From the IMG/VR virus record IMGVR_UViG_3300027805_000014, positions 1 to 60,199 of that record: DNA of 60,199 nucleotides; one strand, given 5' to 3'. Below the pieces are notes generated by a model. It did no database searches. It saw only the letters and a list, made by a program, of their open reading frames with translations, and had not been told where the DNA came from. Within the stretch, counting starts at the first letter, position 1; the number at the start of each line of letters is the position of its first letter. The position numbers were made by a program, and so were the translations under genes. This stretch comes from a virus. Taxonomy: Duplodnaviria; Caudoviricetes. Below, piece by piece: positions 11,901-20,978 of the stretch.

Positions 11901-14900
11901 AATACGCTGTTGTCTAAACACTCACTTGCGCTGCTTGGATTTAACAACAAAAAGTACTTTAATGATCTTGACATAAATGATAAGTCCCAGTTTAACTTTT
12001 GGCGCGGATTAGTTCAATCAAAGGGAACTAATCTTTCAATAGACGCGTACCTCAACAACAACAGATTTAAGGATGCACGGCTTGATGAGTACTGGGCATA
12101 TAAGGTCGCCGAATATGGTGACGCTCGCCAGAAGACGTTCCCTGAGCTGAAGCTGCAGGTAAATGACACCCTACAGCAGTTTACTCTTTTGCAGTTTGAC
12201 GCTCCTTCTTTCAGCTCAAGCGATGGCGAACTGCCAGGTCAACTCGTCAACTTTAGTCAAATAAGCAGGTTTGATGAGAGCAGATGGTTCTCTATTGAGG
12301 ATCTAGATCAAGACACGTTCTTTAAGGCTGAACCTGTAGGTTCAATCAGCAAGCAGGTTTTAGTTGGAGAGATAGTTAATCTTCCATTCATTGCTGATGC
12401 CACTGACATTTCTGGTGTTGCGCATGAGAAGCTGAACGCGACCACGATAAAGGCGCTTGCTCAAGGAAATATCAGCGTTGTTGGATATGGGCCAGCCACG
12501 CCTAGGTACAACCCAGTAAAGCTGTTCAACTTTGTAGACGACGCGCTGGTTGAAGAAATTGCATTTTGGCACCCAGCTATAGGACAGCAAACACCAAGCG
12601 CCATAGAGGGAATAAACACGATAAGCAGCATCAACCCTGCTAGATACAACTACTCAACTCTTGTCGTAAACAATAACTCATATGATCCACTAAGGCCATG
12701 GGGTGATAGAGAAGTAGGTCGAATTTGGTTTGATACAACCAATTTATCATACATTCCTTACTACGATGCCAAGATTTTTCCAAGCAGAGCAGAAAGACTA
12801 TCTAGATGGGGAGCTCTTGCTGATTTTGCGTCAATAGATGTGTATGAGTGGGTTAAATCGTCAGTTCCGCCAAGTGAGTATAATGCACGAGCATTAACAG
12901 ATGCTGGCAACGCGGACATCAGTTCGTCTGAAAAGGCGTCAGGCGAAGTTGCCCTAGAGGAGCTTTACTACCGTGACAGGGAATGGTTTATCAGGCCAGT
13001 AGCTTGGTCATTCTCGCCAACACCACAGGATATTGACTGGGGAAATAAGCCTCCAATGAAATACAGTGGTGATGTTGTCGGTGAAGCAGGGCTGACGATA
13101 AGTGGAACAAAAATTATTCTTGAAAGTGGTAAGTTCTTTGATTATGATATTGCCGCTGGTGACAAAATTGGAACTTGGCAGTATGGCGACACACCATCAC
13201 CATTATCTGAGGGAACTCTTAATGATACCTTTCAGCTTTTCCTTGATGGAACTACACAGCAAAGCGCTTCTAATTTTTCGCTGACAGTAGAGCCTATTGG
13301 TTATCCCGAAACGCGCATGTATGGGACGGTATTTGTTGAGGCACTTCCAGTTAGCGTTACCCAAATAAGAGATACAGATGGCGCGCAAACTAACCAATGG
13401 GATTTTAGCTACAGCATTTCTATCTCTAATGAAGCCGGCCAAACTGAAACGGTTGTAGCATACGTGGTAAGAGTGGCTGATACTAACACCGACAGTACTC
13501 CACCTACAGAGCCATCAATAAGCGTTGTGCCTGGACAGACATTCACCTATGATTTCCCACTTTCCGGTTTAAGATTCACCGCGGTGTACAACGGCAGCGC
13601 ATCTTCAGTTCAAGCTGGTGTTATATCTTCTTCTTTGCAAACAGCATTTGATGGACAATTTGCATGCAAGGACGCCGTCACAGTTGAATGGTTAATACCA
13701 GCTGAAGATGGTCGATACACAAATGATGAGGAGGATCCGCTATTCGCCTTTAATCAAAGCATAGGATGGCGCGTTTGGGCAGTTCCAACACAGCAGCAGC
13801 TAAATGTTGACAGTAGACAGCCAAAGTCAAGTTGGAAAGCATTTATTGGGAGTTTAATGCCATTCTCTCCAACATATGATCAGCTACAGGAAGCTGTTGC
13901 TTATCAGCAGTCGCCGCTGACTCTGAACAATGGTGTTTCAATTGAGAGATACTCGCCAAAATGGAGTGAATGGAAAGTTCTAAGAAACGTAAGAAAAACT
14001 GAAACAGCTGTAGAGACAGCTCCTGTGACATTTAACGCGTCAGATTTTAGCATATCTAAGTTTGACGCAAATAAAACCGCTGTGTATGTGAATGGTATTT
14101 CACAGCTACGTTCCTCGTTTGAAATTTCAGGTTCTCAGCTAACCATAAACTCTGTACAAAGCGGATCTAGAGTTGATGTCATAGTGGAGAGGTATGAGCC
14201 AACCCAGGATGAACTTGAATTTAATCCAGAAGTTGAAGATGATTACTCTGTCCAGCGCCAATACAAGAAGGACTATGAGTATGTTCAGGTTCAGCAGCGT
14301 GACAGAGATGGCAATCTAGGAACTACCTACTACTACTTCTGGGTGAAGAATAAATCTACAACTTCTTCGGCTAAGAAGATGTCGATTCAGCTTATCGCCC
14401 AGCAGCTACGTGACGGGCCTGCGAACTACCTGACATTCCAGCACATTCTACCACCGGAGAATGGTTTACCGTGGAGATATGATTCAATAACAATCGCAGG
14501 CCTATCCTACGTGGTAACTAAAGACAACACGTTTAAGCTAAGGTTTACTAGAAACTTTGCGCTTCGCGATGATCCAAATGATCTAGATCTGAAGAACACC
14601 CACACGGAATGGAGGTTGATGAGACCAGGACAAAAGAACAGAATACCTGAACGTCTTTGGATGAAGCTGATAGACAGCGCTGCAGGTATAGATGGAGCCG
14701 GCAATGAACTACCATCTCTCAGAAGACAGCTGTACGATGAAAGAAATGGAACAACAACGCGTTTTGGGTTTGGTACTGAACAGATCCTAGCTCCATCTAA
14801 TCTACTTAGGACGTCACTTGCCAGTGCCATAGTAAATACAAGATTGACTGTTGAGGTAAATGATGGAAACGTTCCAGATTTTATTCAGTTTATTGACAGT

Positions 14901-15200
14901 GAGATAAGCCTTCTAGAAATATCGCAGATGGTAGATCCAGTTCTTAAAGCAATGGTGGTTGACCTTAAGGTGAAGCAGATTGAAAGACTCTACTTTAGCA
15001 CGCCTGAAGTTACGAGGCAGACAATGACTAAAATTTGGTCACAGGCCTCTATTTCACAGGTAAATGAGCTGTTCTTCGCTGCACTTGAAGATATTCTTGC
15101 TAGTAACTTTGAGTTAACGGACATCTTCAAAACGTCAAGACTGTCTCTATACTCCATTCAAGAAAAAAGTCTAAACGTGGTAGCATCAAACTATGAGTAA
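5949..15200 (+). CDS. Giant virion structural protein (baseplate-associated, about 3080 aa; ATG start probably 5958)
   Basis: 9.2-kb uninterrupted ORF after the baseplate genes; FDKFVNFFNYYW motif; two GVQLxAGDRVLL modules; beta-rich S/T segments. Confidence 0.7.
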   Translation: MTTMAQKIDFHLPFNDLTQYVPSNLRNSVVTGLLDNLFNRFLTRDESAPLYGYAGNTPSNAEDKTPRIPQLSVERDINAITPVLNFKIGTERFCFTVNDLISKAERVGINTSSQNWLYSQGNNFCPPITFDKFVNFFNYYWVAKAVSSTPQMEWNAEKLPEYFVIERPSLTDRIKLNCRTASNPGQQFVTTGSGFLDQIWAIQFTSPLTFTITPSTVLVGPQGLYTQVAAEQSTYVLSALSTGLSNPVDVSQTFSFTVQGPAGTFTLLQFKITRTPTFNENNQHDGYTEFSAGDKIELNAKYLSSTWSFTFTGTPGLKPIIGSVRTHNEYQTIGGVQLTAGDRVLLRSPGVLPNGQSSVSGIFEVKPGVWVSPDDFNQDTWLAGAETFITEGINSGKLFRSSAVSAPALWSWTQVGTESNTNDWQEGNFWITSEEVERLGLDKSLVLQATRPIIEYSSNIQLNARVQDGRPVDSDTAGTSAPAPNYRQKKTVFNQLPLFDLFRYDGTHSNLVSSIFYYEEDSTAPLDTALQRRVKRAENGSADFIFNHGCVDLNGHLLFYRTGRSDEDLHTVWKAGYTEATVVDITNRVNLIELPGSVTFSGSGNGTIASIVGRGIEPQTITISFTSATTFSIVGSLEGYIGDGMVNVQFVSDKLVLTVVTGTISFSAGSQFDISLVYPGQITGVSATDTTQQQIWTLTFNQAGTFMVSGSKNVYLPEPFNTAAVNAPYDNGEIAFTITSTLPFSVGDQFIIRVANLERPRYVFRDDSNSITDKFGGPALDSTGEGAYQASRTFINNPHTENRAELPEGIVYSHFRSIISNQIKGQSDDYAFGGQIKLWSEQHSLLASLLMQRDLTPISMIDLAKRLYEGALNSVREIYIQNIVEYFSTQKVASVAGSSADTSQDKQEVSALLDYILDIRSVDQEVRQVLFDTSSGVVGFPATLPQLGICELVEPFRAFDKVLGRDVLIHHDGHVSIPFADTQEFRQVILGNYASKTVQRSDGTSTPAVGSFTATPPENPYKGELWLLPSGEMRAFDVDFDTVSTPSAEVVGSRWYNRNSRLLFVSNGVTWDLGSDPSTAWKTVNLAETLNEIFMQVEQRLYDHINPNQRKFDFSVIHQNSQYQDQLRRELFTFAAREGLDPLATNYNPQDAFTWNYSQAVLTSFAAVSTPSVPARWYNALIAHQQTVPGVIPTERPNLEPWKLLGFSSYSSWWSALSASQRTAFESGVAEDDLDNFVYQGSVRVVAASTVTNLSGLKVIDGVQLSAGDRVLLTAETSTLNNGVWVVSLGGWARSLDPLPNRWFEVTDGVTRRGTRWAVTSAGIANLNPVIVKQARIWSDALWQHVQLQRPSLKVSINIYTDDLLPPYVSLSSSVSQFALTNALPSGITQPFQFGEGSPVEEIWERSIEYGYAQAKALFRFDPLAFLGFCWGFNWVEADGILYDGVDISIPGNKRFKLHGESTNSSRSSASFNFTAISSPISASYTVTYDAYDSQRRQNFSVRRSDGSIAAFIQEGVTTSLTFDGITLSSNVPFIEDAGIPFRIGDMFNLTVTAPSTLSTSFSPAAFHSILGFGQIFTNALRSVSIDTSSSFAISAFRGWDVNMGHRAGGLVATDDLRVYTETDTLSRASYDLVFKKNDGVKDLWLQALRVVLIQKGTADISGEYPANTAEDWIFRIEGYNANYLDIDYYSLQSIDSGTQFPTSPALGQTFFRHDLGSAYVWNGSSWSLYAYNAQTFYALDESATALTWFKPLTKLTVETSRLPITIIGLQNVISFIFGYAMLMEEQGWMFDSSTETSLDLSTGRHRTWQLEVETLVDRVFRGMSLGQGHIVNPFVDRIQVRQDTGLLSQFSEAPLFDIYSHAAAFDIAGKKIKTDDLIVERTNQLSSVSSIVPIFSMHALIDEYEHLFVFNNFVDEANQTGSLYDVFSGGRVVTYKFNGRRQNTGTLRPEFGGHYLAGNEVKLNLQASTDALSNIYDANFAFENTLLSKHSLALLGFNNKKYFNDLDINDKSQFNFWRGLVQSKGTNLSIDAYLNNNRFKDARLDEYWAYKVAEYGDARQKTFPELKLQVNDTLQQFTLLQFDAPSFSSSDGELPGQLVNFSQISRFDESRWFSIEDLDQDTFFKAEPVGSISKQVLVGEIVNLPFIADATDISGVAHEKLNATTIKALAQGNISVVGYGPATPRYNPVKLFNFVDDALVEEIAFWHPAIGQQTPSAIEGINTISSINPARYNYSTLVVNNNSYDPLRPWGDREVGRIWFDTTNLSYIPYYDAKIFPSRAERLSRWGALADFASIDVYEWVKSSVPPSEYNARALTDAGNADISSSEKASGEVALEELYYRDREWFIRPVAWSFSPTPQDIDWGNKPPMKYSGDVVGEAGLTISGTKIILESGKFFDYDIAAGDKIGTWQYGDTPSPLSEGTLNDTFQLFLDGTTQQSASNFSLTVEPIGYPETRMYGTVFVEALPVSVTQIRDTDGAQTNQWDFSYSISISNEAGQTETVVAYVVRVADTNTDSTPPTEPSISVVPGQTFTYDFPLSGLRFTAVYNGSASSVQAGVISSSLQTAFDGQFACKDAVTVEWLIPAEDGRYTNDEEDPLFAFNQSIGWRVWAVPTQQQLNVDSRQPKSSWKAFIGSLMPFSPTYDQLQEAVAYQQSPLTLNNGVSIERYSPKWSEWKVLRNVRKTETAVETAPVTFNASDFSISKFDANKTAVYVNGISQLRSSFEISGSQLTINSVQSGSRVDVIVERYEPTQDELEFNPEVEDDYSVQRQYKKDYEYVQVQQRDRDGNLGTTYYYFWVKNKSTTSSAKKMSIQLIAQQLRDGPANYLTFQHILPPENGLPWRYDSITIAGLSYVVTKDNTFKLRFTRNFALRDDPNDLDLKNTHTEWRLMRPGQKNRIPERLWMKLIDSAAGIDGAGNELPSLRRQLYDERNGTTTRFGFGTEQILAPSNLLRTSLASAIVNTRLTVEVNDGNVPDFIQFIDSEISLLEISQMVDPVLKAMVVDLKVKQIERLYFSTPEVTRQTMTKIWSQASISQVNELFFAALEDILASNFELTDIFKTSRLSLYSIQEKSLNVVASNYE

Positions 15201-18200
15201 CATTAGAAGCAAAAATTCAATCTATGTTGACAGCCTTGTGGGGTTTGCTCTTGATACAAAGCCATATCACAGTAAAGTTACTGAGGTTGCGGTTGAATAT
15301 AGATTTGAAGACACTTTAAACGTCAATGTGGAGGACGTTGTAGCAAGCAAGATGCTATCAAAAGCAGGATGGTTGTATAACTATTTTTCTGGTGGCAACA
15401 GCTCCTTTAGGTCCCTGCCACTACAGCGAGTAGTCAATCCATTTGCGATTAGAACGCAGCTTAATTCAGATCAAGCTAACAATCCCGGCGCTTTTAAGGT
15501 TGGTAGAGATGAAAGCACAGACTTGCTTGGTGTACCATTTGTGTATTACAAGAAGGCGACACCTGGATACGCTGAGGTATGGAAACAGGGAACGCGTCGA
15601 GACAACCTTCTTAGAGGGCACGACTATTTTCATGTATATGGATCTGCAGAGATAGCAGTTTCGCTGCCACCTGCCAATGAAACAGACCAAAGTCGAAGAT
15701 GGCAGCACACTAATGAAGGTGGCGTAATTTCAGCAGTCACTGCTGAAACTCAACGCCTAGCTGTTGATATTAACAACCCCAACAGCTGCGTGCGCAGAAT
15801 ACGAGAAATCCTACTGTTGATTAATGAACAGTTGCAAACTTCACCAAGTGCAGCTGCTCAGATAGAACTTAATGCCATTCGTGGAATTACTGGTGTTGAC
15901 ACTAGCGTTGCATCCATTTCCAGAACTGCAAACACGGTAACTGTTACTTGGGATGCAGATCCATACGCTTTACAGCAGGCGTACACTGTCGGTAAGCAAG
16001 TTATTGTTAGTGCTGATGAAACGTCATTTGATGGAACATTTACAATTCAAACCGCGTCGATCGCTGACGGTAAGTTTAGAATTACGTATTCGCACGCTGG
16101 TGCCAGCGGTTCAGCGGTTGCTCCCGCTATTAGGCTTTCGCAGCCAACCTTGCCAAGAAGCTACGAGGCGCTTCTTAATTCTCTTGTTGCCACAGGTACC
16201 CCAGTCATTTCTGGATACACGGGGTGGATAGGTGAAGATGGTTTTGCCGCAAATGGAACCACGACACAGTCATCTGCTAAATACGTTGACGATGCTCTAA
16301 GTAGACTAACTCCACCTGCGTTCTTTAGTGTTTTTAGTGATGGCCGGTTAAGAGAAGGCAGTATCCTATCGTATCCAGAAAAAGTTACTGGTAATGGGTT
16401 TGAAGTAACGAGCATTGTTGCCCAATCCCAAACACCTGAAGAGTGGTCGCTCCAAACTGTTAACATTTCGCCACTACAGCTTTTAGTTTCCGGTAGTGTA
16501 AGTGGAATCATTGGACTTGCTTCAGTGGGCACGCAGTTTACGTCAAGTAATATTTCATTTTTTGTTGGTGAGAGTGAGGGTACTCCAATAGAAGGTGACA
16601 AAGTTTTATTCTGTCCAGAGAATAAATTTTTTGTCTCTTCAACATCACCAACACAGGTGTGGAACCTAATAAAAACTGACCCACTTGCCTACTCAAGACC
16701 AACTTTCTCATCATCTCGTTTTGGTTCTATTGAAGACCTGGGTGCAAATAAGTCAACTGTTTCCATACTTGATCAGACTATTCCAACTGGAACTATTGTT
16801 CTGACGGCGATCAATTCAAACACGTTTTCACTTACGAGTACCGCAGAACCCACATACACCGCTACAGTAACTGTTGGGACTACCTTCAATGATGGACGTC
16901 TAGGATTTAAGATTGTTGCAGGAAGTGCCCAGCAATTTGTTTCAGGTGACACGTTTTACATCAGCATCGTAAATCAGCCTGCATTAGCTGTAGAGTTAGA
17001 TCTTTACTATGGGTATGATCTCGATAGCTATGACAATATGACGCTTCTGTATAACAACACTGACCCCACAGCGTCAACTTATAACAAGCCGGTTGAATTT
17101 AGATATGATAGTAGATTTATAGACTATGATTTTTCTAGTCTAAACCTTAACATAGCACAAAGTGCCCGCCAGGGACGAAAATTCAAGCTGACTGCAATCC
17201 CTGATGGTCAACCAGTTGCTATACTGCAAAAAGATGGAAGTGGACCAAGTAATGCTATTGATCTAGCTGCAAGTGATGGTGGTTCTTCTGCACCAGTTAT
17301 CTCAATGCCAGGTGATGCAAACTCTGCAGCTGATCTGCTGATCTACTACGCGAGCAGCTTTAGACTAGAATTTTCAGATGATGATTTTAATACCAAGACA
17401 TTTGTCGCAAACGTTCCAGTTGATGGCACCTTTACCAATGACGAGCTTGGTATCTCGTTTGTGTTAGCATCTGGGTCAAAACCATTTATAGCGGTAACAA
17501 GTGATAGCGGTCTAGGTAATCCAAGAGCAGAGGGCGGCGATATTTTTCTGTTCAAAGTGACAAATGAACCGCCTTCAGTTGAATCACTCCCTTTAGTCTT
17601 TTCATCCCCCAACGCACCATATCTTCTGATGCATGGGAGTGGTTTTTGGAAATGCCCGGATGCTAACTGGACGGTAAGATTTACATCTTCAACTGCATAT
17701 GAAGTCACAGCAATCTACTCTACCGGAGAGCAGATAGGGCAGATAGTTCCAGGTTATCCAAAGACAGGAAATATTGGCGTAACCGGTTCACAGTCCTTCC
17801 AAAATGCCACGTACAAGGACGAATTAGTCTACTTTACCATTAAATCCGGTTCAAGGGCATTTGCCGCAAATGACACATTTACATTTTCGACTTTTAGCCG
17901 CAAACCCTCGATACTAGTTCATGGATCGGTAAGTGGATGGAAAGATGAAGCTGTAATTGGCGAGTGGTACTGGAATGGTGAGATTGCATTTAAGGTCAAC
18001 TTGCCATCGGCTTCAACGTTTCTGAATATCAACGAACAAGTAACCGAAGCCACCATTCCCGGCATCTCTGACATAAGCATAAGACCAGATTGCAGCTCTA
18101 CTGTATACAAGTTCACCAAGATTTCAACAGGCTCTTTTGTTTGTAGCAGATCAGATACCGGTATAGTTGGATCAGCTTTAAGTAGTGGAACATTCTCAGA

Positions 18201-20298
18201 TGAATTTATTTCGCTAACGCTTAATGACCCTACTATTGAGGTAGGTGAGTCATTCATCGTACAAGTAAAGGCAGATGAGCTGGTATTTTGGAATGGAATA
18301 AATTCAACTCTTATAAGACCAAGCATAGACAGTCTTGTTCCAGCTGACGGAGATTTCATTTCTATTCAGAAGGCCGAAGAGAGCTCTGTCGGGATATCCA
18401 TCAACTACAGACAGGTAGCTAACCCACCTTCTCTTGACGCGCTGTACCCAGTTGGGGTTGATAGCGATTTCATAGATACCTACACTGGGCCATTAAATCC
18501 ATCTATCGGTAAGTTTTCGCCAGAAGCCACCATCTTTGACGGATGGCTCCCATTAAGAGTTGAGGGAAGAGATGCTATAAACTCAATTGCATTTTTTCCA
18601 GATGATGCTACTAGCTATGGAATTTACTCTGCGGTAACAAATGAACCAATCGCTACAATCTACTCAAGCGCAACCATTAATGAGCCTATTCAGCTTGAGT
18701 GGGATGAAACATTTTTCAACAGCTTTTTACCACTTAACTCTGAAGCAAACATCATCACGTATGGGACACAGTTAGATGAAAAGGTAAAAGTCAGCATCTC
18801 TGAAAAGATTAATTTTCTTGTTTCAGGTGGTGTGCTTTTCGAGGATGCGCTGTTTTCAGATAAGCTACAGATTGCACTGAGTGAACAAACAAATCTTAAC
18901 ATCACTACAAGTTTAAGCGATGAATTCAGCACAAATGTTGAAGATGGCCCATTTTCAAGGTTTATGGCTGGTTACGCCAACCTACCATATGATCTAGAAA
19001 TTGGAACTATTGGACCTGGCTGCTTTGACGAAAACTTTGATACTGGGATATCCCAGTACACTTTGTTCTCTGGCAACGTTGGTCTGTTCTCGGTTGCAGA
19101 AACAACTTATGGTCAAACTCTAACTGTGGAGTCGCAGACATCTGCAACCCCCGCACAGATACGTAAAAATCTACCAACAGGGATTCAAGTAGATGAGTTT
19201 AAGTTCAAGGTAAGATTAAACAATCTAAATCAGGATGATGCTGCCTCCATATTCTTGACAGATGCTATTGGCAACGGACTTGCTGGAATTTTCCCAGCGC
19301 GCGAAGCCGCGTTTGATTTTGCTAGAAGGCCGCTTATTTTTTGGAGAAATAGCCCAACATCTGCATTCACTTCTACCTATCTTCCAAGTGCACTAGCGCT
19401 TGGTGTTTGGTATGAAGGAAAGTTCTTTAATGACAGCGGCACCAGAAAATTCTCTTTGACTAATCTGACAAATGGCAACGTTCAGACAATTAGCTTTGGT
19501 TCTTCCGCAGCCCCAGTGGCCAATATGCTTATCTTTACAGCAGATTCAGGAAGCGCAACCTGTAGCACATCATATGCTGACATTACTGTATGTCCGCCAG
19601 TCACCATAAGCGGGCAGTATGATACTGGTATCCCACTGGTTGATAACTTCTTGCGCGCTAAGTTTTTATCAGAGCTTTCAGCTCTTACCATTGAACAGGG
19701 TGAAGAACTAGCAGTCCTTCAGGCACTTATAAATCCACTTCTCCAACCTGGAGGACTTTCTTCTACCTCACTTCCAGACTTTTTGACAAATCTAGACACC
19801 GACCTGTTCATTGATGGATCAACAGATCCAGAGCTTGGAATCCCAGAGCTTGGAATGGCTGTTGATGTTAATCAAAATTCTGGTGAAGTCGCGTCAACGG
19901 TATTTGAAGATAGCGTCAGTTTCTCATTTACTATTCCAGAAGGCGCAGCTGCAGATATGTCAGACACGTCATTTGGTTCAGCTCCATTTGACACTGTCCA
20001 ATTTGACGCAACTGTTGAGTCAGAAGCCACATTCTTCTCGGCCTCGCCACCGCCTGTACCAAGTTCAGTTCCTGCTGGCGCTAATTATCAAACTTTGCAA
20101 ACTCCTTTCTTTGCGGCTTCGCCGGCGCGTGTTTTTACTATCAATTTCCTTCAGCCTGTTAACTTCATACCGACTGTGCAAATCGCCACGGAAAATCAAC
20201 CTGAACTAAGAATTGTGCCTGTAGTAGAAAGATTATCTGCTAGAAGCTTCACTTTTAGTATTGCGGCTAGTGATAGAGCGAAGGTTGTAGTTACCTAG
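15193..20298 (+). CDS. Large virion structural protein (1701 aa)
   Basis: Overlaps the stop of the upstream giant gene; KPYHSK motif; repeated beta-rich FxxGDxF modules. Confidence 0.65.
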   Translation: MSNIRSKNSIYVDSLVGFALDTKPYHSKVTEVAVEYRFEDTLNVNVEDVVASKMLSKAGWLYNYFSGGNSSFRSLPLQRVVNPFAIRTQLNSDQANNPGAFKVGRDESTDLLGVPFVYYKKATPGYAEVWKQGTRRDNLLRGHDYFHVYGSAEIAVSLPPANETDQSRRWQHTNEGGVISAVTAETQRLAVDINNPNSCVRRIREILLLINEQLQTSPSAAAQIELNAIRGITGVDTSVASISRTANTVTVTWDADPYALQQAYTVGKQVIVSADETSFDGTFTIQTASIADGKFRITYSHAGASGSAVAPAIRLSQPTLPRSYEALLNSLVATGTPVISGYTGWIGEDGFAANGTTTQSSAKYVDDALSRLTPPAFFSVFSDGRLREGSILSYPEKVTGNGFEVTSIVAQSQTPEEWSLQTVNISPLQLLVSGSVSGIIGLASVGTQFTSSNISFFVGESEGTPIEGDKVLFCPENKFFVSSTSPTQVWNLIKTDPLAYSRPTFSSSRFGSIEDLGANKSTVSILDQTIPTGTIVLTAINSNTFSLTSTAEPTYTATVTVGTTFNDGRLGFKIVAGSAQQFVSGDTFYISIVNQPALAVELDLYYGYDLDSYDNMTLLYNNTDPTASTYNKPVEFRYDSRFIDYDFSSLNLNIAQSARQGRKFKLTAIPDGQPVAILQKDGSGPSNAIDLAASDGGSSAPVISMPGDANSAADLLIYYASSFRLEFSDDDFNTKTFVANVPVDGTFTNDELGISFVLASGSKPFIAVTSDSGLGNPRAEGGDIFLFKVTNEPPSVESLPLVFSSPNAPYLLMHGSGFWKCPDANWTVRFTSSTAYEVTAIYSTGEQIGQIVPGYPKTGNIGVTGSQSFQNATYKDELVYFTIKSGSRAFAANDTFTFSTFSRKPSILVHGSVSGWKDEAVIGEWYWNGEIAFKVNLPSASTFLNINEQVTEATIPGISDISIRPDCSSTVYKFTKISTGSFVCSRSDTGIVGSALSSGTFSDEFISLTLNDPTIEVGESFIVQVKADELVFWNGINSTLIRPSIDSLVPADGDFISIQKAEESSVGISINYRQVANPPSLDALYPVGVDSDFIDTYTGPLNPSIGKFSPEATIFDGWLPLRVEGRDAINSIAFFPDDATSYGIYSAVTNEPIATIYSSATINEPIQLEWDETFFNSFLPLNSEANIITYGTQLDEKVKVSISEKINFLVSGGVLFEDALFSDKLQIALSEQTNLNITTSLSDEFSTNVEDGPFSRFMAGYANLPYDLEIGTIGPGCFDENFDTGISQYTLFSGNVGLFSVAETTYGQTLTVESQTSATPAQIRKNLPTGIQVDEFKFKVRLNNLNQDDAASIFLTDAIGNGLAGIFPAREAAFDFARRPLIFWRNSPTSAFTSTYLPSALALGVWYEGKFFNDSGTRKFSLTNLTNGNVQTISFGSSAAPVANMLIFTADSGSATCSTSYADITVCPPVTISGQYDTGIPLVDNFLRAKFLSELSALTIEQGEELAVLQALINPLLQPGGLSSTSLPDFLTNLDTDLFIDGSTDPELGIPELGMAVDVNQNSGEVASTVFEDSVSFSFTIPEGAAADMSDTSFGSAPFDTVQFDATVESEATFFSASPPPVPSSVPAGANYQTLQTPFFAASPARVFTINFLQPVNFIPTVQIATENQPELRIVPVVERLSARSFTFSIAASDRAKVVVT

Positions 20299-20304
20299 TG
20301 GTCG

Positions 20305-20312
20305 CATAAATA
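20305..20312 (+). promoter_or_regulatory. Putative late promoter CATAAATA
   Basis: Exact motif about 25 bp upstream of the 20337 ATG, with a GAGGA RBS between. Confidence 0.65.
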
Positions 20313-20336
20313 TCTGAAAGTCACCAGAGGAACAAA

Positions 20337-20945
20337 ATGGCAGAAGCACTAAACACGATCGTAACTGGACATGTCCTCATCAAAGATACGTCTACTGGCG
20401 AAGTACTGCTTGATAAGTACAACGCTATTCACCCGAAAAACATGGCAACCGCTATTGCTAGAGGACTTTCAAATAGTCAAAACTATCAAATTTTCAAGCT
20501 AAAGCTTGGAAATCAGGGTACTTACATTGATGCATCCAAGCAGATAGTGTTCAGGTCGCCCGTTGTCACGGGCGACACCGCTGATCTTTACAACCCAACT
20601 TACGTTGAGGTTGTTGATGAGCTTGATACCTCAGTTGGCGCAGGAAATTCTGTTGTGTTTACGAATATTCCTTCAAGCACCAGCACGAGAGTTATTGTGA
20701 CAGCCGTCATATCCTCAAACGAAGCAGTTAACAACCCAACGGATGGTGGAGACGGAGATAGTTCATTAGATCCCGAAGGTAGCTACTTCTTTGATGAGCT
20801 TGGATTGTTCACAAAGCAAACTGACACCAATCTTCTAAATGGAACCGGTGAACTTATGCTTTCGCATTTGATCTTTAGTCCAATTGAACACACCGGAAAT
20901 CGCGAGCTTACTATTGTCTATACGCTGACCATTTCAGTTTCTTAA
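20337..20945 (+). CDS. Putative tail/baseplate structural protein
   Basis: GHVLIKD..LLDKYNAIH...FDELGLF...LSHLIFSPIEH..NRELTIVYTLTI pattern seen in large myophage structural genes. Confidence 0.6.
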   Translation: MAEALNTIVTGHVLIKDTSTGEVLLDKYNAIHPKNMATAIARGLSNSQNYQIFKLKLGNQGTYIDASKQIVFRSPVVTGDTADLYNPTYVEVVDELDTSVGAGNSVVFTNIPSSTSTRVIVTAVISSNEAVNNPTDGGDGDSSLDPEGSYFFDELGLFTKQTDTNLLNGTGELMLSHLIFSPIEHTGNRELTIVYTLTISVS

Positions 20946-20978
20946 CTTAACCTGACATAAAGTTAGAGAGGTCACGCT

